Part shown: positions 11,727-24,510 of the stretch, one piece after another
Position numbering within the stretch: position 1 is the first letter of the stretch
Layout: every line of letters starts with the position of its first letter
Program-made: the position numbers and the translations under genes
Origin: Squalus acanthias
Lineage: Eukaryota
Direction of reading: 5' to 3'
DNA length: 64,000 nucleotides
Assembly (NCBI GenBank): GCA_030390025.1
Contig: CM059431.1
Span: 108,502,001-108,566,000 of the forward strand
The notes under the pieces: model-generated
Database searches by the model: none
The model's input: only the letters and a program-made list of their open reading frames with translations
What the model was told of the DNA's origin: nothing

Positions 11727-13545
11727 GGCCGAGATTTTACTTACCTCGATGGGTCCGGGGCGGGCGAAGTCGGTGGCGGCTCATGGCCCCGCTGCTGGCT
11801 CCATCCCGCTGTGTAAAATGACTTTCCCTTGATGGGGCTTGTTAAGCCCGCCCAGCGTGTTTCCCGGCCCAATTAGAGGAAGCGGGTCTGGTGACATCAT
11901 TTCATGACGCGTCATCAGCCAGTTTCCTTAAAGGGACCAAGGCCATATTTGTCTTGACGTTTGTGCTGTCAGTGTTCTACAACATTGAGGTGCTGCAAAC
12001 ACTGACAATCACTGCACAGAGGCACAGGGCTGCAACCAGGCTCTCCCATGACTCCCTCCATATGCTTATGGAGGGAGTCACAGCACGCAGGGAGGTCCTC
12101 TTCCCTTCCCATGGGCGGAAGAGACCTCCCCAGGAGATCAACACAGCCTGGTTGCACATTGCAGAGGAGGGCACAAGCAGGGATATGATCAGAAGGACCT
12201 GGGTGCAGTGGCGCAAATGTTTCAATGATCTCAGTCGATCACGAAACGTTAGTACAAAGCCACACTCAACCTCATCCTGCTGTGCCTCTCATTACATCCC
12301 CATCACTCTGCCTTCCTTACCCTACTCCTGCACATCCTTACTTTCTCACCTTGGTCCTCAGAATCCCACCACAATCAGCCCCAACACCAGCAGCACCAAC
12401 AACAACACCAAACTTCTCCGCAATCACCTGATGCTGCACAGGACACAGGGCATCAGCACCTGACCACATTGCTGCCTGGGAGGCTAGGGATGGCCTCACC
12501 ATGGCCAGATTTACGTCACTTGACGCTGTACACCCTGGCTGCCACATGATGCGCCAGGTTGGCACCACCCCACACCAACACCATAAAGCATCCCTACAAT
12601 GCCCAAGCCATTTCTTTCACACTCATGACCATTGCGGGGGGGGTATCGTTATGTCTCACCATTCACTCCAACTCACTAAGCCACTTCCAAAGGTGCACAC
12701 AAATCTGTCTAAGAATGCAAAGTGTTGAAAATAAAAGTTACAATGCTTGACACCATATTAACAGAAACTTTACATGAACATTGCATAAAACACTCAAGCC
12801 TACCCTTGTGTGTTCTTAGTTGGTATGATTGGACTAGGATGAGGGTGAATGTGAGGGTTGGCTAGTGGGATGGGAATGTGATAATATAGCTAGAGCGAGA
12901 TGGGTGGAAGTACAATGCAAGTTTGTGTGAGTAAGGATGTGCAGGAGTAGGCTAAGGAAGGCAGACTGATGGGGATGTGATTAGAGGCACAGCAGGATGA
13001 GGTTGAGTGTGGCTTTGCAGTATCATTTCTTGATCTACTGAGATCACTGAAACGTTTGCGGCACTGCACCCAGGTCCTCCTGAGCACATCCCTGCTTGTG
13101 CCCTCCTCTGCAATGTGTAACCAGGCTGTGTTGATCTCCTGGGGTGGTCTCTTCCGTCCATGGGAAGGGAAGAGGACCTCCCTGCGAGCTGTGACTCCCT
13201 CCATAAGCATATGGAGGGAGTCATGGGAGAGCCTGGGTGCAGCCCTGCACCTCTGTGCAGTGATTGTCAGTGTTTGCAGCACCTTAATGCTGTAGAACAC
13301 TGACAGCAGAAATATCAAGACAATTATGGCCATGGTCCCTTTAAGGAAACCGGCTGATGACGCGTCATGAAATGACATCACCAGACCCGCTTCCTCTAAT
13401 TGGCCCGGGAAACATGCTGGGCGGGCTTAACAAGCCTAATCTAGGGAAATTCGCTTCACAGAGCTGGATGGAGCCAGCAGCGTGGTCAGATCCCGCCACC
13501 GACTTCGCCCGCCACGGACCCGCCGAGGTCAGCAAAATCCGGGCC
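11727..13545. mobile_element. Foldback Harbinger derivative with two convergent Myb/SANT ORF remnants
   Basis: TIRs GGCCGAGATTTT / AAAATCCGGGCC, TSD ATA/ATA; about 610-bp inverted arms; ORFs 11891-12463(+) and 12890-13381(-) both encode LSHDSLHMLMEGVTARREVLFP...AWLHIAEE...RTWVQ.RK.F.DL. Nested in an older MITE starting near 11331. Confidence 0.88.
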
Positions 13546-14277
13546 ATAGAGGTAAAATTCTTCCTGTTGACAATTTTTTAATGGAAAAGTCATTGTGGCT
13601 GCATAATAAGCCTTTTAAATCTTTCTAGTCTTTGGCTAAAATTAATGAGTGGAAGAATTTCGGCTTCCTGCCTAAATCTTGCATATCCACTTAGGGGTGT
13701 TTAAGATAACTTACACTCACTTCTACAGAAAGCTGAAGAGTAACTTGTGTGGTCTTTTGAGCAGTATTGAAGTATTTTCCATGAGTCTAATTGCCCTGAT
13801 GGAAGCACAATGGCGTGTACAATACCCAGAGTGTCGCAGTCACGGTTCCCCTATACCTGGAACGCATTATCAGCTGCATAGTTCTTTCTTGTTCTGTTGT
13901 GTAGTTCTGTCAATTGGATCTGATAACTGATTCCTTCCAGTAGTTCTGGCAATTGGTTATTCATCCATCGTGACAAGTTTTGGAACAATCTGTCACATTT
14001 TAAATAGATGTTTTTTGATTTGCTTTTTTTTATTGTTCTTGTGTGCATGTAATAAGATCACCTCTGTGAGATGTGTGAAGACGCAATTGAGAACTGCTAG
14101 CGCTGTGGAAAAAAGAGGGTGTCACTGTGCCATCAGTGGAAATAGCCAGCAATCTGCCTAACACTTTGGCTCTCATACTAAATACACAACTAGATGTTAC
14201 CATTTTAACTTTAATGACTGAAGAACACCAAGATCTGTATCAGCAACTTGACCTATAGGAAAGTTAATGAGAATAAT

Positions 14278-14950
14278 GGCCCGGATTTTGCGGCGGGTAT
14301 GACAGCATACTCTCAGAGTACGCCATCATACCGCCTTTGAAATCCACCGCAAGTTCAGAAGCGCATGCGCTAAATCCGCACCGCCATCGAAAACCTAGTT
14401 GCTGGTGCAGAGTTGGGCTAATTGCCCACCAATTGCCCAGCAATTACCTCTGGAAATGTTATGGCTGGTGCAAACAGGCGCAGGGCCTGTTTGCACAGCG
14501 TAAAGGGATACCCGAAATAAAAAAGTGCCTTTTTAAAAAAAATTTATGACATCCTTGAGCATTAAAAGCTTTAATCAGAAACAATCCTAGTGCATGTTAA
14601 AGCTGCAGGTATTTTTTTAAATAATGTTTACATTTCATAACTTTTGGCACAGTGCACAGTATTTGTTTAGAAGTGGGAATTATGATAAAAGCTAAATCTG
14701 TAGATATTTTAAAGGCTGCAGTAATGAAGTAGTGTAGTCATTTCAATGAATGAAAGACAATCTGTTTCCTGATTGGAGGACCAGGCCCACGTGATCCCAG
14801 GTAAGCTTCCTGGCTGCGCCCCGGGGATCTGTGGGCCATTACGCAGCCCTCCAGCTCGCAGCGTCGGTGCGCAAGTTTACGAAGGAGGGCCCCCATCAGG
14901 TAGGCTCGTACTCTTTTCGCAGGTCCGCCGCGGACCGCATTTTTGGGGCC
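14278..14950. mobile_element. Harbinger-type MITE
   Basis: Imperfect TIRs GGCCCGGATTTTGCGG / CCGCATTTTTTGGGGCC; GC-rich ends, AT-rich core; shares ggcccacgtgatcccag with 48549 and 53742. Confidence 0.7.
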
Positions 14951-16239
14951 TTTAATTTAAAATTGTGCATGTGGCCTTCAAGGATCTAAGGTACACACTT
15001 ACTTAGCCCACTAAGACAAACACTTGAACACCCTTGACCTGAGGTATACATAAGAGTCAGTAATCTATAAAATTAACTATTGGCTGTCATTGGGGGCTTT
15101 GCTTATGAACCTGGAAAGCAGGTAAATTATGTAGGCCCAACTCACTCTGTGGTTTAATTTTCCCTAATCCTAGCGTGTATCTTGTTTATATCACACGTTA
15201 AATGAGTTTAGAAACATATCTGTTTGTGAATTTGGGATACATATTTCACAAGACGAGTATATGCCACGTGAGTTTCTGTGCTGATGTCGTCCAGTGGTAG
15301 TTGACGAGTTGGAGGGAGGCTTAGCAGAGCATGCCCTGTCAAGTTGCAGAAGATAGAGGTACTGCTTTCCTAGTTTTGAGCACAATAACAGCAGTCTTTG
15401 AAAAATGGGAATTGGAGCAAAGGCTGAATAATTGAGATTTATAGAAAAAGTTGAAAACAAATATTTGAATGTGAGGAAATTTCATCTTCAAAGAAATTGT
15501 AAAGCAGCTGGAACTTCAAACATGGAACACTTTCAAATTTTCGATCTTTTATCTTCATCCAAGGAATCACTGATAAATAAGTCCTTTTATTGTTTGAGTG
15601 TTATATGTGATGAAGGAATCATGTAATTTTGACTGGTAAAATGTCATCTAATCTCTGCACTGCTGGATGGTGTGGTGTGTAGGTTAGTGTTTGCTTGCTT
15701 CAGTTTGGCTTTCTCATTTTGGTATCCTTTTATTTCAATGGTTGTAGATTTGGGGATGGGCATGTTGTAATGGTTTTTATTTTGCTTGCACCTGCTATAG
15801 TTTTACTTTAAAATGTATATAACCAAAATAAAATAAGCATATGGTACAAGGTTGTCATCCCCACAAAGTCCAGCTGGCTTTAGAAGCTATGGAAAATGGT
15901 GCAGTCTCAGAAAATGATATTCATATCCCTCTTTCTTCTTGATTTCTTTCAGCAGACCTTTTGAATGAAAAAAAGTGAGCGTGAGGTTAGGAGGCTACAA
16001 CAGCTGCTTAGGGGGTCTGTATCTTAATCACATGCCGTTATTGATGATCCTTTTGGCTTGCCCTCCCATGCTCCCAGCGTTGGTCTTTAATCCTTTCTTT
16101 GATGGTGGCCAGTTGCTGAAGCAGCAACCCATTGGCAAAGGATATAATTGTACCAGATGGTGAGTTTGTCGGCCTTCTGTTGCATTGGTTTGTATTACTT
16201 TGCATCTGTTAATGTTGTTTTGTATATTCTCCTTAATAT

Positions 16240-16805
16240 TACAAAGTATTTACAGCACAGAAACAGACCATTCAACACAACAGGTCCATGTCGGTATTTA
16301 TGCTCCACACGAGCCTTCTCCTACCCTTCTTCATCTAACCCCCATTAACATATCCTTCTAATTGTTTCTCATTCATGTGCTTATCTAGCTTCCCCTTAAA
16401 TGCATCTATGCTATTCCCCTCAACTACTCCTTATGGCAACAAGTTCTACATTCTAACCACTCTCTGGGTAAAGTAGTTCCTTCTTAATTCCCTATTGGAT
16501 TTATTAGTGACTATCTTATATTTATGGACCCTAGTTCTGGTCTCACTTTCAAGTGGAAACATCTTCTCTACGTTTACCCGATCAAACCCTTTCATAATCT
16601 TAAGGACCTCTATCAGGTCAGCCCTCAGTCTTTTCTAGAGAAAAGAGCCCTAGCCTGTACAATCTTTCCTGATAGATGTAACCTCTTAGTTCTGGTACCA
16701 TTCTAGTAAATCTTTTTTGCACCTTCTCCAGTGCTTCTTTGCCCTTTTTATTCTATGGAGACCAGAACTGTTCACTGTACCCCAAGTGTGGTCTAACCAA
16801 GCTCA
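16240..16805 (-). mobile_element. CR1 3' fragment
   Basis: acagcacagaaacagaccattc tail and ctaaccactctctgggtaaag...; homologous to 27976, 30670, 43078 and 46535. Confidence 0.85.
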
Positions 16806-17846
16806 TAGCTATAAAGCTACAAAAAAAAAAATATAAATGCATTTAAAAAAACTATAGGCTGGAAATGGCTCTTGCTTATATCACTTAGTGATCATCTTAA
16901 ATGGGTTAACACCTCAATTAAATTAGCAGACAGAGAAACGTCACACAAGCACATCACGTATTCATCCGTCAATATTGACAACAGTCATTTCTAGCCTCAT
17001 GTAGCCAGAAGAGGAGCCTAAAGGGTCAGAGGTCGGCTGTGCTGCTCCCGGCACATGTTGGGAGTGCGTATAACAAATTGTGCATGCCCAGATTACAATT
17101 TCATGTCCATTAACCCTAATTAATTAGATTTTTAAGATTTTTTACCCTCCAATTTTCACCTGGATAACGTTACATTTCTTTCTCAGGATTTTCATTTGCC
17201 TTTTGTTAAGAACATCAAAAATGCAAAGGAAGTTTAAAAGTAATTAAGATGCCAAACTAATCATTTTTAATGTAATATACAATAGATTATCATTTTTCTC
17301 ATGTAACAAGTATTCTATCCTGTACATGATTTGCTTTCCAGTTTCACCTTTTCTCCTGCGCTTCAGACTAGTCTTCCCTGTGGAGCTGTGCACACAAAAC
17401 GCAGCATAGTGTTGACTTTATCATAGAGGACTGGGTCTGGGTGGCTTGAGTTGTCCAGCTTGATCTACATTTTCTCAGATGTCATTGCATTAAGTTCCTT
17501 CTGTTGTTCAGTGTGTTGTCAGACCTGTTTAGCTTCTTTTGGGTTTTTTTTGGCTGTCAAAATGTCACTTGCTTTTTGCATTTTCAAGATCTGTTGATAT
17601 TACCACGTGTGTAATTTTGTTGTTTAGTGTGTCTATCAATACTTAGTATTATTCTAGTGATGAAGGCTTATACTCAGAACAATTTTTATTTTCTGATGCA
17701 AGACTGAAGTGGTTCATTATGTTGTCGAGTTGTTGAGAACTATCCTTCAGGGGCAGAATTACCCAGTCGCTCAATTTGAAATTGTTGTGGTAATGTTTCA
17801 TCAATTTTATTCTTCTTTTTGTGATTTTTTTTTTAAGATGCTCCTT

Positions 17847-18080
17847 GGGGAGATTGGGTAGTGTAATGGATAGCCACACTGTTTTTCACCTCTTGGTCCT
17901 GGGTTTGAATCCAGCCAAAACTAATGGAACAAACGTTTTCGCGGTCTGCTGGCATCCTATGTGAAGTGAGATTGGGTAGTTTCAACCGCAGTTTCCAGTA
18001 GACATGGGCTGATAGAACAATACTGCACAAAAGTTGTCACTAGTTGATGCCAATTTGGCAATCTCACTCAGACGGGCCAA
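17847..18080 (+). mobile_element. LF-SINE-like tRNA-derived SINE
   Basis: B-box ggtttgaatcc and motifs tttcacctct, cctatgtgaagtgagattgg, cagtttccagtagaca and ttggcaatctca, in the order recalled for the LF-SINE consensus. Confidence 0.6.
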
Positions 18081-18815
18081 TAATGACCGCAGTGATGTTA
18101 ATCTGAATTGGCTATTGGGTTGGTATGTTTGTAATGGTATTGTGGCAGGCTTGATGGCCCTAACTAGCTATCTTATGTTCGCTGCGGTTGTGGTGATCTT
18201 TGTACCGGTCCCGCTGTGTGAAATGTATTTGCTGGTTATAGAGTGTTTTCAAGGATATGTCTTGTGCTGCAATTTAGTGGTGTCTGTGTGTACTGGAGAG
18301 CTTCCGTTTCTAAGAAGAATTATTCCATGTCTTCTGGAACGTAATCAAATTGACTTTGGAAGCCTGTTAGTATATTATGAATTTCAATATCAAATAATGA
18401 GGTAATGTCTCTTTCAATTGTCCTGGTCTGTTATATAAATTCCTCTTTATTTTGTTTTATGTGACTTCCTGCGGTAATTTCTATTTGTTGGTTGGAGATT
18501 TGTAGTCCATATTAGAGTGTTTTGGCTGCAGCTGTAATGCTAGAAATCACAAAAGAATTGTACTCCCATTTTTTACACTTGGCTTAAGAAAGCACTGATT
18601 AAAAAGCCATTTGGATATGCACATGCATCATGTGATAAACTGTGTGACTTGTGGGAATGAAAAGAAAGCCAATTTCAGAAATAATCCATTGACACAAGAT
18701 TATTGCCATTCAGTCCATATATGTGGTATAAAGAGTAAGAAAACATTCTTTATTTGCTACACACCTGCGTGGAGTTGTGCCTACTAAGGTGTGTAGCAAA
18801 TAAAGTGTAGCCAAC

Positions 18816-18960
18816 TGTCAGCCTTGGCTCCGTGGGTAGCACACTCTCTCCTCTGAGTCAGAAGGTTGTGGCTTCAAACCCACTCCAGAGACTTCAGCAC
18901 ATTAGCTAAGGTGACACTCCCAGTGCAGTACTGAAGGAGTGCGGCACTCCCGGAGGTCTT
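18816..18960 (+). mobile_element. SacSINE1-like DeuSINE 5' fragment
   Basis: tgtcagccttggctccgtgggtagc...gtcagaaggttgtggcttcaaacccactccagagac head. Confidence 0.8.
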
Positions 18961-19091
18961 GGATTTTGATACTGGGGCGGGTTGGGGTCGTGTCATGAGA
19001 AGTCCTCCCAGGCAATTTCTGAAGACATTGAATGCAGCAGCATCAGAGGCGACTTTCAGACCTAATACTACTACCTTCATCACATCTCCGT

Positions 19092-20839
19092 TGTAATAGT
19101 GGACCTGCAGCTGATAGTCAGCTATCCACTTGTGCTCCCGCCAGGTTTCACTGGCGTGTTTCACATCAGGCGTACTTCACGTTGGAAAAGGGTTAAACTA
19201 GCTAAAGCGTTTCAAAAAGTTTCGCAATTATCGCGATTCAAAATAACATAAGAGAAGCAGATTCGTTTGATCAGTTTTATTAAACGAAATGCTGTCCTGA
19301 TAATAAAGGACACAGAAGCCTGTAAAATGGCCGCCGCGCATCGTGGCAGAAGCTTCCAGAAACACAGTGGGCAGACAAGATGGCGTCGAATATACATTCA
19401 GTATAAGATTGGATCATACTCGGTAAACATTGATAAAGACAGGATGCAACCCGTTTGCATTTTAAACAATAGCAATGATATAAGTGCTGGAATCGTTTTC
19501 CTATGCACAGTAAGGATCATTGTACTGGGCAATCGAAGGCCCATCCAGACACATCAATACACAAATACCCCCCCCGGCTCTACAATGAGAGAGACATTGA
19601 CGGGTGATTAAGTCGGTATTCGGGGGGCCCCAAAACCAGTCGAGGAGACGATTCATACACATCCTGGCTGGGTCAATAATGGGGAAAACATTAACGGATA
19701 GTTGGCCAGTTTCAGGTGCTACCGAAACCCGTTAAAGAAGATAATCGCCCCAAATATTACACAAAGGACAAACATTAAGATTTGAGCGGGAGATAAGTGG
19801 ACACAGCACTATAACTATAGAGAAAAAAATGTCCATTGCTCTCTTATCTCTCTGCGGACCTCTTATTCGCTTGCCTCTTCATGAACTCGCTTGACTTGTG
19901 GGCTCTTGATTTTCTCTCTGGACTTTGTTGACTCTTGACTCTTAGCCGTACTGGTCGGTTATTCGAGTGTTGGGTGGAGCTCAATCGGTACGAGCCGCCC
20001 CGACAAGGGCAAGTAACAGGGTACACCATCCCGAGTGTCGGTAAACGGTGTCTGGACCCGGAGGCCCGAGGAGACGAGACGAGAAGAAGATGAGAAGAAG
20101 ACGAGAAGAAATTCCACGTGCCGCCATGGTCAGTAAACCCCGACCGCGCCCGAAAATATAAATACAGGACTCTTCTTTGAGTTCTACAGACTACAACCTG
20201 TACCGGACACAGGAAGACTCTTCTTTGAATTTTATCCGAGTTCCGTCGAGTTCTTCATGACAACAGGGAGTCTGGCCTGCTTTTCGCAGCAGCGAAAGTA
20301 AACAAGTGGGGTGCAGAAACCCTTCCAAACACGTGATGGTCAGGTGCTGCAGCGAAACGAGCTGAGTGCCTCACTTTAAAATCTCCGAAGTAAAACGAGT
20401 GGTGAGCATGATTTCCGATCCTACAAATCCAGACGTAGTGTAGGTATTGTAAAGGGAGGGTGGTTTTAATAAGGTTAAGATATAATGTGTTCCCCTTTTT
20501 ACGATGTGCCGTGTGTTCTCCATTTCCTTAGACCAAGCTTTATGAATGTATGTATACTTGTACGATCTTTGATTTGCACCTATGACATGTATTTCATGAT
20601 TTTAGACGCCATGCAATAAAGATTTCCATTTCGTACTATTCAACCGAGTCTATTTGAGTTTTTCTCTGCATTACTGCTCCCTGCATCTAAGTCCAGGTGT
20701 TAGAACCGTAAGGGCGAGTGGGTCGAACCACTCACAGGTGCTTATTGCAAAAAGGCTGGCTGGAGACCAGAGCAAGCAATAGTATAGGCAACGAAGGCCT
20801 AACCTCGCACCAGCACCATCTGAGACACGCCCCCTTACA
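19092..20839 (+). mobile_element. Long solo LTR (left boundary 19092 or 19321)
   Basis: TGTAA...TTACA termini, CpG-rich relative to flanks, TATAAA near 20157, AATAAA near 20615; no clean 4-bp TSD. Confidence 0.6.
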
Positions 20840-21086
20840 GCCCGGACAACAGGGATAACTCCCCGGCTCTTCTTCAAAATAGTGCCATGGGGTCTTTTAT
20901 GTCCACCTGATAGAGCTGACGGGCCCGTCTGCTCTAACATCTCATCCGAATAGATGGCACTCCCTCAGCACTGTACTGGAGTGTCAGCCTAGAGTATTGT
21001 GCTCAAGTCTCATGGAGTGGGACTGTGAAACCACACCCTTCTGATCTCAGAGGTGAGGGTGCTACCAACTGAGCCACAGCTGACAC
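20840..21086 (-). mobile_element. SacSINE1-like DeuSINE, 5' half
   Basis: Deu-domain (ggataactccccggctcttcttcaaaatagtgccatgg) plus tRNA head; truncated at the LTR end. Confidence 0.85.
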
Positions 21087-21304
21087 AAACTAAAAGTGTC
21101 ACATGTAACTGAATATTGATGGGATCATCCCAGTTATACCCAGAGGGTGAACAGCTACTACTGTGAAGAATCCATTTTATATATGGCCATGGACTGAAAG
21201 ACAGGAATGAAGGTGAAAATGACACTGGGGACACAAATGAAAAATACTCCTTTTACTTTTTTTTATCCTGGCTTTTTACTTGATTACTTTTGGAGATCAA
21301 CAAT

Positions 21305-22120
21305 CATTTGCATTTATATAGCACCTTTAAAGTAGGAAAACGGAGTAAAAAGAAACGAACAGGCATCAAGCCTTGGAGGAAGAGCTAGTAGAGGTGACCA
21401 AAGGTGATAGATTTGAAGAAGGCTTTTAAAGGTGGAAAGAGAGCGAGAGGGAGGAATATTAGGCAGAGTACCAGGGAGTAGGGTCAAGGTGGACGAAGGC
21501 TGTGCCACCAATACTGGGATGAAGGTGTGGTGCACAGAAGGCTAGAGTCAGGGGATCGAGATGCACTGGATGGGAGGGGATGTAAGACTGGAGGAGGCTG
21601 GAGAGTTAGGGTGGGTGAGGCAGTGGACAGATTTGAATGAGAGGACCGAGGGCATGTTGGAATGTCTGGAGGGTAGAAGATGGGAAGCCTGCAAGGAGGG
21701 AATTGGAAAAATTGAGTCTAGAGATGATGAATGAAAGGATAAGGGTTTTGGTGGTGGTGGGGTTGAGGTACAAGTAGAGATAAGCGAATTAAGTAGCCTT
21801 GGTTATGGACAGATATGAGATTTGAAGCTGCTCTGTATTGACCGGGATGCCATGGTTGCACATGGCCTGGTTAAGTGAATAGCTAGATAAAAGGGTTGGA
21901 ATCAAGAATGGTGTTTATGGCAGAACCTAAAAAATAATGGTTTTGGTTTTTGCAATGTTCAGTTGGAGGAAGTGTTGTCCTATCAATTAATTAACATCAG
22001 GCAGGCAGACTAACTGCACAGAGGTGGTCCTGGAGTTGAGAGATTTGGTGGAGAAGTAAAGCTGGTTGTTGCTGTTTCATGGAGACACCTGGCAACTGAT
22101 CTTATGCCTGTGGATGACGT
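21305..22120 (-). mobile_element. Decayed L2 LINE
   Basis: ttgcatttatatagcacc tail followed by purine-rich L2 antisense body. Confidence 0.65.
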
Positions 22121-22574
22121 CATCAGATTAGTCAATGTTTATGCACAGATTTCTTTCAGTTATTAAACCGGTGGGCCAAAATCAATGATTGGCTAAATTA
22201 GAGCTGTCAACATTGGGGAAAGTTTAAGAGTGAATTTGTGATCCAAAAGATTGAGACCAATTGCAAGCCTATTAAAAAAAATTGAGTTGTCATTATCTTT
22301 AAGCATGTAAGACATCAAGGTTAGTTATAGCCTAGAAATTAACGTGAGTGATGTTATCAAATGAAAGCTTAACATGCTCATATCAAATTCCTCCCTACTA
22401 TTTTAATGGTGCCGTTAACCCATTTATTTTAAATGACATTGCTCACAGCCATTTTTAGGCTTATATTTTTAAACCACATTGAGCAAGTCTCAGCTCCAGT
22501 TGACAGACTTGAAATATTGTGCATAGTCTATGGAAGGAATGGGCTTGATGGGCTAACTTGTTTTATTTTTAAAC

Positions 22575-22885
22575 ATTCATTCTTGGGTTGTGGGCGTCGC
22601 TGGCAAGGCCAGCATTTATTGCCCATCCCTAGTTACCCTCGAGAAGGTGGTGGTGAGCCGCCTTCTTGAACCGCTGCAGTCCGTGTGGTGAAGGTACTCC
22701 CACAGTGCTGTTAGGGAGGCAGTTCCAGGATTTTGACCCAGCGACGATGAAGGAACGACGATATATTTCCAAGTCAGGATAGTGTGTGACTTGGAGGTGG
22801 TGGGGTTTCCAGGTGCCTGCTGTTCTTGTCCTTCCAGGTTGTAGAGTTCGTGGGTTTGGGAGGTGCTGTCGAAGAAGTTTTGGCT
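22575..22885 (-). mobile_element. LINE family A 3' end
   Basis: Reverse complement of the 48100-48380 region (SKSWN.LPNSTVGVPSPHGLQRFKKAAHHHL). Confidence 0.85.
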
Positions 22886-23024
22886 TGTTAACATTTTCTC
22901 ATGTTAACAGCTGCAACAACTTGCATTGTTATAGAGCTCCTCACATGTAGAAGAGCATTTTACAATAAAGAGGAAAAGGATGTAATATGCACCAAACATT
23001 TGGAATGGGAAGAGGATTAGGGAA

Positions 23025-23580
23025 GCTAGGATGGGCAACTAAAGACATAGTTGAACAGGAGGGTTTCGAGGGCAGAAAAGCTAGCAGCAACGCAGAAGGT
23101 ACCAGGGTAGAGATTTCCAGAAGGCGGGACTATAGTGGCTGAATAAGGAACCACAAGTGGTGGAGGAAAGGGAGTGGGGGGGTGAAAAGAAATCTGGTGT
23201 TGGAAGAGTGGCAGGTATGTGATGACAAAGGTAACGAGGTTGAGGATTTTTAAATCAATATATGGGGCATAAGGAGCCAGTGAAACTTGGGAGGATGAGA
23301 AGTGTTGGTACTTAGTGCGGGTGACGGCATTGGCTGCGATATTTCGGTTGAGCAAAGTTGATGCGTGAATGCCAGCAAACAGTGATGTGGAAAAGCCAAG
23401 CCTTGAGGCGATGATGTTATGGACTAGGGTTTTGGTGGTAGAAGGGAGAGATGGGGCAGAAATGGGCAATGTTGCAGAAATGGAAGAAAGTGTTTTTGGG
23501 AACAGAGTAATTATAGTGGAGAAAGCTAAGCTCAGGGCAAGCAGGACACTAGGTTCTGCACTTTGTGTTTCAAGGATTGC
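23025..23580 (-). mobile_element. Decayed L2 ORF2 fragment
   Basis: ORF 23026-23895 contains KTLVHNIIASRLGFSTSLFAG, an L2 LVHAFITSRLDY-like motif. Confidence 0.65.
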
Positions 23581-23889
23581 AGCTTTCCTGTTTGGGCAGT
23601 AAATGCAGGAGTTTGTCACCACAGAACGCTCTAAAGGACTTAATTCTTTGCTAGTCAGAATATCATTCCCATTCCAAGATAGCTTACTGAAATTAATCAA
23701 AACCTGGTTGTTAGCTTTCAACAATGTAATTCTTCTAAAGTATTTATGGCAATGTATTATTTTATTCCAAGGTAACCTGGAATGCTGCAATAATTCCTTA
23801 TCCTTTGCAGACAAAACTGTTAAAAATGAATTTATGAGCAATAAATAGTGCTCAGGTTTAAGCCTTGCTTTATTTAGAAATTGTAACTT

Positions 23890-24510
23890 CATCAAAAAAC
23901 CTCTGGAAAGGGCTTTGGGTAACCTGAGAGAGAGATCCTGAGGTTGGCATACTTCTGTATCTTCTTAAGAGGCACAGCGCAAACTGTTTCATAGATTTTA
24001 ACATCACCATAATCATGAATAAAACCCTGTACTGATTTTCTGGATTGCAACCAAGTCCTGGGGACACTGCTGCTGGCATTGAGATTTTCCACCACCTCTC
24101 TCCAAACCTGTTGACTGATTTGTTTTGGCACCCATTGCCCATCCGCTGGGAAGAGGACCTACTTCCTGCTGCTCATTTGTTCAATCAGCACCTCCACCGC
24201 GACATCAGAGAACTTTGGAGCCCAATTGGAAGTCATTTTTGCCTACTGCTCCGCAATCCCGCCTGTTGCTGTATCCCAGTAAAAAGCACCTCTGCTGATG
24301 CAGGCCTTTAAGTAGCGGCCAGCTTGCCCACTCTCCTAAACAGCGAGCTGCTTGTAGGGAGCGTGTTTTGCACTAGCAGATCACCAAATCAATTCAATTA
24401 GGCTTAAGCATGAAAATGGCATGGACTCCACTTCGATTCCTTTGGGTGGACTCAGCGCACGCCCTGCCCACTGCCAGTCTGGTATGCGCTCCAAACAAAA
24501 AGTTCCTCCC
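23890..24510 (-). mobile_element. Old Harbinger-derived Myb/SANT fragment
   Basis: QQVWREVVENLNASSSVPRTWLQSRK is Myb/SANT-like. Confidence 0.6.

Noticed and set aside
11891..13381. Myb/SANT ORFs as host MSANTD/NAIF1-type genes
   Set aside because: Multi-copy, inside TIR-bounded elements, and run into non-coding sequence.
23026..23895. 289-aa minus-strand ORF
   Set aside because: Chance open frame over decayed L2 plus AT-rich flank.
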